From positions 1,408,001 through 1,472,000 of the forward strand of contig OZ220733.1 in assembly GCA_965116875.1 (NCBI GenBank): a stretch of 64,000 nt of DNA. The letters are read 5' to 3'. The position numbers and the translations under genes are program-made. How positions within the stretch are numbered: the stretch's first letter is position 1; every line of letters begins with the position of its first letter. Positions 49,163 through 57,573 of the stretch are shown here, one piece after another. The notes beneath the pieces were generated by a model. The model was not told the DNA's origin and did not search any database. It saw only the letters and a list, made by a program, of their open reading frames with translations. This DNA is from Candidatus Latescibacterota bacterium. GTDB lineage: Bacteria; Latescibacterota; UBA2968; GCA-2709665.

Positions 49163-50200
49163 CTATTGGATCAACATCGCGTCGCCGTAGCTGTAAAACC
49201 GATACCGCTTCCGCACCGCCTCTTCGTACGCCTTCAGAATGAACGCCCGATCCGCAAACGCGGAAACAAGCATCAGCAACGTTGAACGGGGAAGATGAAA
49301 ATTCGTCACCAGCGCGTCTGTCAGCCTGAACCGGTACGGAGGATAGACAAACAACCGGGTCCATCCCGAACCGGGTTTCAGCGACCAACTGCCGCGCGAC
49401 CGCGAGGCCGACGACTCCAGCGCCCTCACGGTGGTTGTTCCTACAGCGACAACGCGCCTTCCATTTCTCCGGCTTTCGTTTACCTTTTCGGCCGCGGCGG
49501 GGCCAATCTCAAAATACTCCGCGTCCATTTCGTGCCGGCGCGGGTCCGTCACGTCCACGGGTTTGAAGGTCCCCGGGCCCACGTGGAGCAGAACGGGGAC
49601 GATTTCCACACCCGAAACACGGATACGGTCCAGCAGACTCGACGTAAAATGAAGTCCCGCCGTGGGCGCGGCCACGGCCCCGCGGGTTCGCGCGTAGACC
49701 GACTGATATCGTTCCCGATCCGCCGGTTCCTCTTCCCGCCTGATATATGGCGGAAGCGGGATGCGGCCCCGGCTTTCCAGGACCTCCGCAAGCGATGAAC
49801 TGCCCCTGAACCGGACCATGCGTCGTCCCGAGGGCAGGACGCCGGTCACTTCCGCGACCAGATCCACGTCCGGAAAGGCCACCTCCGCGCCCTCCCGAAG
49901 CCTGCGGCCGGGACGCGCGAGTACCTCCCAGCAGTCTCCATCGCAGCGAACCAGCAACAATTCAACGGCTCCGCCCGTGCCGGGACGGAACCCGTTGAGG
50001 CGTGCCGGAAAAACGCGGGTCTCGTTGACGACCAGACAGTCTCCGGGACTGAGAAAATCCGGAAACGACCGGAACACCGTGTGGTCTATCCGCCCTGTCT
50101 TCCGATCCAGAACCATCAGCCGGGAAGCGTCCCGCTCGGATGCCGGGCGCTGGGCGATCAATTCCTCGGGAAGATCATAATCGAAATCGGCGAGGTCCAT
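49163..50200 (-). CDS. queA: S-adenosylmethionine:tRNA ribosyltransferase-isomerase
   Basis: FDYDLPEELIAQ, PLPPYI, AAPTAGLHF, HVGPGTF, VGTT, TNFHLP, YSYGDAM. Confidence 0.97.
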   Translation of the reverse strand: MDLADFDYDLPEELIAQRPASERDASRLMVLDRKTGRIDHTVFRSFPDFLSPGDCLVVNETRVFPARLNGFRPGTGGAVELLLVRCDGDCWEVLARPGRRLREGAEVAFPDVDLVAEVTGVLPSGRRMVRFRGSSSLAEVLESRGRIPLPPYIRREEEPADRERYQSVYARTRGAVAAPTAGLHFTSSLLDRIRVSGVEIVPVLLHVGPGTFKPVDVTDPRRHEMDAEYFEIGPAAAEKVNESRRNGRRVVAVGTTTVRALESSASRSRGSWSLKPGSGWTRLFVYPPYRFRLTDALVTNFHLPRSTLLMLVSAFADRAFILKAYEEAVRKRYRFYSYGDAMLIQ

Positions 50201-50313
50201 TGAACCCGACGTCCGGAATTCGGAATGCACGGAAAGGATTGCCTGGCAGCAGTTTCGTCGCGCATGGCGGGGTTTCGGACGGTGTCCACGGCAGGTGGAC
50301 TCTTCGTTTCACG

Positions 50314-50538
50314 TCATCGCCTTGAAATCAGATTCAGCGCGAGCGTAAGGACGATGCTGACCACGATGCACGTCACAATCGGCAAGTAGAGCCTGAAACT
50401 CTCCCGGCGAACGACGATATCTCCCGGCAACCGTCCCACAAATGGAATCCTGTCTCCGATCCAGAGCACAAGGCCCACTGAAAACAGAAAAATACCAACA
50501 ATCATCAGGACCCTGCCGAAGCCGGAAAACTCGCTCAT
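50314..50538 (-). CDS. DUF2905 family small membrane protein
   Basis: GRLPGDI...YLPIVTCIVVS; usual neighbour of queA. Confidence 0.85.
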   Translation of the reverse strand: MSEFSGFGRVLMIVGIFLFSVGLVLWIGDRIPFVGRLPGDIVVRRESFRLYLPIVTCIVVSIVLTLALNLISRR

Positions 50539-50781
50539 GGCGACGACCCTTCAAAGAAGTGAAAACTTACAGAATTCTCGATCGGACGTCAAGGTATTGC
50601 AGCCCGAGAGGCGGTCTCGAAATCCACCGGGGACCGGCCTGTGCCATTCGATTCCCGCTTTCCGGAAATACCGGATGCCCGATCGGATCCGCTGCTGCTG
50701 CGATCGCAAAAAAAGAACGTGAAACACGCCACACCGCGGCGGCGGGCAGTTTCACGTCCGCTGGATGGCGCCGGGATACAA

Positions 50782-51816
50782 CTACGGCGTGAATACGACC
50801 TTTAACGCCTCCATATTCTCGGCTGCGGCGAACCCTTTCTCCCAATCTCGAAGGGGCAGCCGGTGGGTAATGATCGGATCCACGTCGATCCTGCCATCGG
50901 CAATCATCCAGATGGTCTTGTCCCAACTTGCGTATTCTGTGGACATGTTGAAAAAGAGCGTTACGACCTTGGTCATGGCCGCGTCCCAGTCCAGTTGCAC
51001 GGGTCGCTTGCCGGTAAGGCCGATGCCGCAGATCCGGCCCCACTTGCAAACCAGATCGACCGCCTGGGCGATTGCCGGAGGCGCACCCGAACACTCGATC
51101 ACCAGGTCCGCCCCTTTACCGCCGGTCAGTTCCAGGCAGCGCTCCACCGGGTCCACTTCCGCAAAATTCACTACGTGATCGACACCCAGCCTTCGCGCCG
51201 TCTCCAGGCGCAATTCCTCGTCCGCCGGCGCGCCTACGATCATCACTTCGCGGGCCCCCGCCACCCGGGCGACCTGGGCGGCCAGAAGGCCGATGGGCCC
51301 CGGCCCAAGCACCACGACGAAATCGCCCACCTCGATCGCCTGGCGATCGATGATATCCGTCACCGTATTGGCCGCCGGTTCAACCAGCGCGCCCTGCTCG
51401 AAACTCATATGGTCCGGAATCCGGTGCAACAGATTGGTGGGATATTTCAGATATCTCGTAAATGCGCCATCGATTCCCCACCCGGGAGACCGTTTTTCCA
51501 GACAATTCTGAATATGTCCCTTTCGACAGAGAAAACACTTGCCGCAGTGCAACGTATGCGGCTCGCCAACCACGCGGTCGCCCACCTTCCAATCCGATAC
51601 CGATCTTCCGGCCTCCACGATTTCGCCCGAAAATTCATGACCCAGGATCACAGGCGGCCAGTATGGAAACGTGTCGTGTTTCACGTGAACATCCGTACCG
51701 CAGACGCCTGCCGCCTTGATCTCGATCAGAACCTCGTCGTCCGTAATTTCAGGCTCCGGCACGTCCCGCAATTCCAGAAACCCAACGCCCCGTTTGGTCT
51801 TGACAACAGCCTCCAT
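50782..51816 (-). CDS. Zinc-dependent alcohol/polyol dehydrogenase (MDR)
   Basis: GVCGTD, GHEFSG, CGKCFLC..C, GPGPIG; RBS AAGGAG before ATG 51816. Confidence 0.93.
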   Translation of the reverse strand: MEAVVKTKRGVGFLELRDVPEPEITDDEVLIEIKAAGVCGTDVHVKHDTFPYWPPVILGHEFSGEIVEAGRSVSDWKVGDRVVGEPHTLHCGKCFLCRKGHIQNCLEKRSPGWGIDGAFTRYLKYPTNLLHRIPDHMSFEQGALVEPAANTVTDIIDRQAIEVGDFVVVLGPGPIGLLAAQVARVAGAREVMIVGAPADEELRLETARRLGVDHVVNFAEVDPVERCLELTGGKGADLVIECSGAPPAIAQAVDLVCKWGRICGIGLTGKRPVQLDWDAAMTKVVTLFFNMSTEYASWDKTIWMIADGRIDVDPIITHRLPLRDWEKGFAAAENMEALKVVFTP

Positions 51817-51901
51817 AATCCGCTCCTTTTGTATCAGCCCGATTTGGAAAAAAGATAGCCGCTCAATTGACCGCAAAAAGCCTGAATGCGGACCAAAAGC
51901 G

Positions 51902-52064
51902 GTGAGACGGTAGCCGGTAGACGGTAGAGATTACCTGCCTTGTGAGGCTTCTTTTCCTGGCGGAGGCAAGGAGGGATACACTAGCGGGCAAGGAAATCTT
52001 CTCCCGTCTCCCGCCTTCCTTCTGACCAAGTGGTGGGGCAGGGTGTGGTCCGCTACCGTCTCAC
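51902..52064. repeat. Long nested inverted repeat (rod-like hairpin)
   Basis: GTGAGACGGTAGC / GCTACCGTCTCAC outer arms, with two further imperfect internal stems. Confidence 0.6.
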
Positions 52065-52131
52065 GTCTCCCCTGAAGACGAAAGTGCGGTGAAATCCCGC
52101 AAAGAAGCCGCGGGTATCGCGCGAATTACCC

Positions 52132-52163
52132 TTGAATTTACAGATGGGATCAGGTATAATCAA
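52132..52163. promoter_or_regulatory. Overlapping sigma70-like promoters on opposite strands
   Basis: + strand TTGAAT-17-TATAAT (52132-52160); - strand TTGATT-17-TAAATT (52163-52135). Confidence 0.55.
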
Positions 52164-52173
52164 ATTCACATCG

Positions 52174-52201
52174 CAGCCGACCGGATTTCACCGGTCGGCT
52201 G
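52174..52201. terminator. 11-bp hairpin downstream of the small - strand gene
   Basis: CAGCCGACCGG-atttca-CCGGTCGGCTG; no clear T-tract. Confidence 0.55.
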
Positions 52202-52219
52202 ATCCGGTTGTAACGGTTT

Positions 52220-52411
52220 TCAGCCGCAATCCAGACAACGAACTTCGTCGAAAATCCGGTTCTGCTCATCCGGCTCGTCAATCGCAAAATTAATCAGGCA
52301 ACGCACGGCCTTGGAAGCGTCCTCAAGACGGTATCGGACGGCGACCTCGTCCAGAAACGCCTTCTGGTGTGTTTCCAGCGAGATCTCGAAGGTCTGTTTA
52401 TCCTTGAACAT
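52220..52411 (-). CDS. Small hypothetical protein (63 aa), ribbon-helix-helix-like with C-terminal CxxC
   Basis: RBS GGGAGG; alternating TFEISL strand, two helices (SKAVRCLI), terminal RCLDCG. Confidence 0.7.
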   Translation of the reverse strand: MFKDKQTFEISLETHQKAFLDEVAVRYRLEDASKAVRCLINFAIDEPDEQNRIFDEVRCLDCG

Positions 52412-52607
52412 GCCAGCACCTCCCTTTGATGTCCGACTCTACCGTGCAGCCCGAATAATCCCTGCGTTTTCGATCATTCATGATAGGGTTTCAAAGGTGT
52501 ATTGTCAATGGGGATTCATCTTCACGCACCCGTTTTCGCCGGACCGTACGGTCCCCGGCAGTCCCCGGCCACATCAGGCGGAATCCTGATCGCCGGCGTC
52601 CGAAATC

Positions 52608-55466
52608 ATGTCCATACTTGATTCCTTCATCGCTATCGATCTCGAAACATCCGGACTCGCGCCCCCGGAAGCCGAAATCCTGGAAATCGGCGCGGTTCGG
52701 GTGGAAAGCGGCCGGATCGTCGACCGTTTTCAGACGTACGTCAAGCCCGCCGGTCACATTCCGGAAGAGACCGTCCGCCTCACGGGGATAACGCTGGAGA
52801 CCGTCCGGGATGCGCCCCCGATCGACCGCGTCATCGGTCGTTTCCGGAGTTTCGCGGCCGACAGGCCACTCATCGCCCACCACGGCCGCTTCGAGTCCCG
52901 TTTTCTCGACGCTGCCGGCCATTCCACGATTGAGAATTCGGTGCACAGCGTCCGCGAGCTCTCCCGCGCCGCCCTCCCGACCCTCCACGATCATCGCGTT
53001 GAAAGTCTGGCCGGACACTTCTCCGTACATTGCGACACGCCCCATAAAGCGCTGACCGACGCGGAAACCCTGGCGGGGATCTATCTCCATATCGTGGAAC
53101 TGCTACGATCCGTATCCCTGCAATCCAAACAGCAGATGCTTCGGTTGCTGCAGGGCTCCGGATCGGGTCTGCTTCCCGTCCTCGTGGAATTGGCAAGCGA
53201 AGGCGCGCGAAAAGAATTCCTGAGTTCGAAACCGGGCGGGCGGCTGCCGGACGGGACGCTGTTCAATGCCGGCGGCGAGGCGCTCCAGACCCAGGGCGAG
53301 CCATCCGACCAGCCGCTTGACGTAAAGGCGGTCAGCCACATGCTGGAACCCGGCGGCCGCTTCGAGGACGGTATCTCCGGGTACGAATACCGGCCCCAGC
53401 AAGTCGAAATGGCGCGGGCAGTGACCGACGCCATCAACAACGGGCGGCATCTGGCCGTGGAAGCCGGCACGGGCGTGGGAAAATCGATTGCATACCTCGC
53501 GCCGGCCATACTGTATGCCGTACAAAACAATATTCGGTTCATCGTTTCGACGAACACGAAAAACCTCCAGGAACAACTCTTCTTCAATGACCTGCCCGCA
53601 CTCGCGTCCATCCTGGACGTTCAGTTCCGCTACGCCCTGCTCAAAGGCAGGAACAATTACATCTGCCTGAACCGGTGGGAGTCCGTTCTGAACAATCCCG
53701 ACGCCAGCCTCACCCCGAACGAACGCATCGGCGCGCTGCCCCTGGTGCTGTGGGCGGAATCAACCCGATCGGGAGACATCACCGAGAATACCGGATTCAA
53801 CCCGACGCGCCTTGCAAGCCTGTGGGCCAAAATCTGCTCCGATCCGGGTTTCTGCCGCAGCCAGCGTTGCCGCAATAACGGGCGGTGTTTTGCCAACAAC
53901 ATCCGCAGGACCTCGGCGAGAGCGCATCTGGTGGTGATCAACCATTCCCTGCTCTTCTCCGATCTCGTTACCGAGAACGCCATCCTCGGCGAGTACTCGC
54001 ACCTGGTCCTGGACGAAGCGCACAACCTCGAGAAAGTCGCCGCGCACTACCTGGGCAGGGAACTCAGCATCTGGCGGGTCAGGAACATCACCGATCCGTT
54101 GTGCGGACCCGGTTCGTCAGACACGGGCACATTGCCGGCCCTGAGACACTGGGTCGCGGCCGCGGATCCGGATCCGGCAACGGTCAGGGCCTTCGACGCC
54201 GGCATCAAGTCCGCGACGGCTGCGGCTCAGGACCTGTGGCTGCGGGCCAAGACCTTTTTTGAGGAACTTTCGCGGCGCCTCGTACTGAAGGCGGGGAGGC
54301 CGGGAAGCGCGTACAGAGAGAAAATCCGCTATCGACCGGGCGAATCCACGTTCGACGCCCTTACGGAATCGCTCGACCCGTTCCGCCAGGCCCTGGCCGC
54401 CCTCTGCAGCCGTCTCAGGGACCTCTCGGACTGGCTTCGAGGCCTGTCCGGGGACATGTTTGTCAACCAGGACGAAATCTGCAACGAACTCGGCGGTTGC
54501 ATCGAGGCCGCCCAGACCGTACTGGACGACCTGAATGACCTCGTCTCCGCCAGCGATGAGAACTCCGTCTACTGGCTGGAATTGCCAACGACGGACAAAA
54601 GCGCCGACACCCGCCTCTTTTCTGCTCCACTGGATGTTTCGGAGATGTTGAACGGCGGGCTGTACGAGGGCAAGTCTTCTATCGTTTTCACGTCCGCCAC
54701 GTTGGGTATCCGGGGCAAACTGACCTATTTCCTCCGTCGCATGGGCCTGGAATCCATGCCCGAAACCCGCCTTCAGACCCTGTGCCTGGGCTCCCCGTTC
54801 GACTATGGGAAACAGGCGCTCGTGTGCACGCCGCGCTTTATGCCGTCGCCCAAATCACCGGAATATCAGGAGGCCGTCGCCACCCTGCTGCATCAACTGA
54901 TGTTGAGGACCAAACGGGGTACTCTCGCCCTTTTCACGTCCTACGGCATGCTGAACCGCACATACGACGCCATCAAGCCGGACCTGGGGTCCAACGGCGT
55001 ACTCGTACTCGGACAGGGTATTGACGGTTCCAGATCGAATATCACAGACCGGTTCAAACTCGAAGAGTCCGCCATGCTTCTCGGTACCGACAGCTTCTGG
55101 GAAGGCATCGACGTACCCGGCAACGCGCTTCAGGTTCTGGGCATCGTACGCCTGCCTTTCGCCGTGCCGTCCGAACCCCTTGTCGCGGCCCATATCGAGG
55201 AACTGGAGAAGCAGGGTAAAAACCCGTTCCTGAATTATTCCGTACCGGAAGCCATCCTGAAGTTCCGGCAGGGCTTCGGGCGACTCATACGCAACAAGAC
55301 CGACCGGGGCGCGGTTGTCGTGCTGGACAGCAGGGTGCTGAGTACCCGATACGGCCGGGCATTCCTGGAGGCCCTGCCCGTCGGACATCACGCGTTCAAC
55401 TCGCAGGATGAGATGATTGGCGCTATCGCCGACTGGTTTGAAGATACGAACGGGACGAACCATTGA
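52608..55466 (+). CDS. dinG: DnaQ-like 3'-5' exonuclease fused to DinG family helicase
   Basis: DLETSG and HKALTDA exonuclease motifs; EAGTGVGKS, KGRNNYIC, DEAH, TSATL, FWEGID, QGFGRLIR. Confidence 0.92.
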   Translation: MSILDSFIAIDLETSGLAPPEAEILEIGAVRVESGRIVDRFQTYVKPAGHIPEETVRLTGITLETVRDAPPIDRVIGRFRSFAADRPLIAHHGRFESRFLDAAGHSTIENSVHSVRELSRAALPTLHDHRVESLAGHFSVHCDTPHKALTDAETLAGIYLHIVELLRSVSLQSKQQMLRLLQGSGSGLLPVLVELASEGARKEFLSSKPGGRLPDGTLFNAGGEALQTQGEPSDQPLDVKAVSHMLEPGGRFEDGISGYEYRPQQVEMARAVTDAINNGRHLAVEAGTGVGKSIAYLAPAILYAVQNNIRFIVSTNTKNLQEQLFFNDLPALASILDVQFRYALLKGRNNYICLNRWESVLNNPDASLTPNERIGALPLVLWAESTRSGDITENTGFNPTRLASLWAKICSDPGFCRSQRCRNNGRCFANNIRRTSARAHLVVINHSLLFSDLVTENAILGEYSHLVLDEAHNLEKVAAHYLGRELSIWRVRNITDPLCGPGSSDTGTLPALRHWVAAADPDPATVRAFDAGIKSATAAAQDLWLRAKTFFEELSRRLVLKAGRPGSAYREKIRYRPGESTFDALTESLDPFRQALAALCSRLRDLSDWLRGLSGDMFVNQDEICNELGGCIEAAQTVLDDLNDLVSASDENSVYWLELPTTDKSADTRLFSAPLDVSEMLNGGLYEGKSSIVFTSATLGIRGKLTYFLRRMGLESMPETRLQTLCLGSPFDYGKQALVCTPRFMPSPKSPEYQEAVATLLHQLMLRTKRGTLALFTSYGMLNRTYDAIKPDLGSNGVLVLGQGIDGSRSNITDRFKLEESAMLLGTDSFWEGIDVPGNALQVLGIVRLPFAVPSEPLVAAHIEELEKQGKNPFLNYSVPEAILKFRQGFGRLIRNKTDRGAVVVLDSRVLSTRYGRAFLEALPVGHHAFNSQDEMIGAIADWFEDTNGTNH

Positions 55467-56935
55467 ATCCTCAGGGACTGACATCCATCAAGGAACCCCT
55501 GGCGAAGCTGCTCGCGCAGGTGCCCCAGATAAACCATCCGCTGATCGGGCATGCGTATCACCTCGCCAATGCCAGCCACGAGGGGCAGCACCGGGACGAG
55601 GGCCAGCCGTTCATCACCCATCCCATCGCCGTGGCGCTCATCCTGGCGTCTGAACTCGGTTTCGCAAGAGACACGGACATGATATCCGCCGCCCTGCTCC
55701 ACGACGCGGCGGAAGACTCCGTACTGACTCCCGACGAGGATATCCTTCCCACGTTCGGCGCCCGCGTGACCGAACTGGTGAAAGGCGTAACCAAAGTGGA
55801 CGAACCCGGCACGCGCAGTCGATCCGCCCGCCGGTCCGCAACGCTCCAGCGCCTCTTCACCGCCGCACACCGGGACCCGCGGGTACTCATTCTGAAACTG
55901 GCCGACCGGGTACACAACATGCGCAGCATCTCGGGCATCAAGGATACCAGGCGCCAACACCGGATTGCACAGGAGACCATTGACGTCTACGCGCCGCTCT
56001 CCCGCCTGCTGGGCATGGACCGTATTCGCAGGGAACTGGAGGACCGGAGCTTCGGCTGCCTGCACCCCAGAATTCATCAGCAGCTCGTCAGCCTCATGCG
56101 GGGAGGCCCGCCGCAATCCTATCTGGATTTCCAGACGGAGATACGCAATATTGTCACGGACAACGGTATACGCACACGCGTCCGCCTTCAAACGAAGAGC
56201 CTGAGAAGCATCTACGGCAAGGCCACGGGCGCAGGATCCGGAGCGTCACGCCTCCCGGTGGAAAACGTCCACGACCGGTACACCGTCGTTGTCATCACCT
56301 CCAATCGTTACACGTGTTACAGGACACTGGGTATCATCCATCACAGCTTCACTCCCCTGATGGATGGAATCAAGGACTTTATCGCCCTGCCCAAACGAAA
56401 CGGCTACCAGGCGCTGCAGACGACGGTCATCCACAAAGGACAGCGTTTTGAGATTGCGGTCCAGACGCCATCCATGTACAGAATGGGCGAATTGGGCGTT
56501 GCGACCCTGCGCGGCGGGCAACTCCAGGAAGAGCGGAGGACCCGTTGGCTTCAGGAACTTGCCGAATGGCATGAGCACGGAGGAGCCGGGGTTCACTTCC
56601 TGGACGAAGTCAAACGCATGCTCTTTGTCCATGAAATGGCCGTTTTCACGCCCAACGGCGACCCCATCATCCTGCCCGAGGGCGCCACGCTCACGGATTT
56701 CGCTTTTGCCGTCCATACGGACCTTGGTCTCCGCTGCATCGGCGGGCGCGTCAACGGAAAGCCCGCATCGCGCTTTTCGGTTCTGAACTGGGGCGATACG
56801 ATTGAAATCGATACTGCGCCTCACCAGCAGACGAAACGGGGTTGGCTGCGCTACGTAAAGACCTACCGCGCCCGGCGCCTGATACGGCGTCACATCACCC
56901 GCGCCGAATCGTCCGGCGAACAGATCATCGAATAA
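55463..56935 (+). CDS. RelA/SpoT homologue: HD hydrolase, degenerate synthetase, TGS; no ACT/RRM
   Basis: HEGQHR, FITHP, LLHDAAED, KLADRVHNMR; PKRNGYQ; VFTPNG...DFAFAVHT TGS domain. Confidence 0.88.
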   Translation: MNPQGLTSIKEPLAKLLAQVPQINHPLIGHAYHLANASHEGQHRDEGQPFITHPIAVALILASELGFARDTDMISAALLHDAAEDSVLTPDEDILPTFGARVTELVKGVTKVDEPGTRSRSARRSATLQRLFTAAHRDPRVLILKLADRVHNMRSISGIKDTRRQHRIAQETIDVYAPLSRLLGMDRIRRELEDRSFGCLHPRIHQQLVSLMRGGPPQSYLDFQTEIRNIVTDNGIRTRVRLQTKSLRSIYGKATGAGSGASRLPVENVHDRYTVVVITSNRYTCYRTLGIIHHSFTPLMDGIKDFIALPKRNGYQALQTTVIHKGQRFEIAVQTPSMYRMGELGVATLRGGQLQEERRTRWLQELAEWHEHGGAGVHFLDEVKRMLFVHEMAVFTPNGDPIILPEGATLTDFAFAVHTDLGLRCIGGRVNGKPASRFSVLNWGDTIEIDTAPHQQTKRGWLRYVKTYRARRLIRRHITRAESSGEQIIE

Positions 56936-57034
56936 CCGGAAATCCGCATCGGCGCCGCGCGCGCCGTATGCGGGGCGGTTGTTCCCGTGGACCCTTTTTC
57001 AATTTCGTTCCCACGGATACCGGGGAGTCAACCA

Positions 57035-57376
57035 TTGAGAACCTGCTTTTTCCTCTTCGCCGCCCTGTTGACCCTCGCGGCCTGCGGCCGGGACACCGAG
57101 CACCTGCAGACTGAAATCGCCGCACAGGAAACGAAAGTCGCCCGGGCGCGGTCGATCTATCAATCCGAACAGAAGCACCTGGAAGCGCTAAGGGACAGCT
57201 TCGAAATCAACATCCGGCACAATATCGCCCTGAATCTGGACTCAACCGCCGCCGCGTCGATTGAAAGCGAACGCGTGGTACTCCAGGGGACCACTGTCGA
57301 AGCGGCGAAACGCAACCTCGACAGCCAGGAGGAACTCCTGGCCCTTCTGAAAAAGCGCCTTCAATCCCTCAGATAA
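57035..57376 (+). CDS. Small coiled-coil lipoprotein
   Basis: GGGGAG RBS, TTG 57035, lipobox LAA-C, helical mature region. Confidence 0.7.
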   Translation: MRTCFFLFAALLTLAACGRDTEHLQTEIAAQETKVARARSIYQSEQKHLEALRDSFEINIRHNIALNLDSTAAASIESERVVLQGTTVEAAKRNLDSQEELLALLKKRLQSLR

Positions 57377-57573
57377 CGCACAACAGTCCGTCGTTACTCA
57401 CATTGCGCTCCTGAATCGGTTGACATGTGAGGTCCATCGTGAAAACTCCGCCGAAAGAAATCACGGTTGCAAACAGGTTCATATACTATTACGCCAACTT
57501 TATGGAACGATTCTACGGCTACGTCCTGCGCAGGGACGGCCGCAACATCCCCGGCGAACACTACGTGGGTCGA

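Noticed and set aside
57427-57573. Aromatic-rich stretch FIYYYANFMERFYGY as a second leader peptide
   Set aside because: In frame with the RNB gene, no separate stop or terminator; probably AT-rich promoter DNA.
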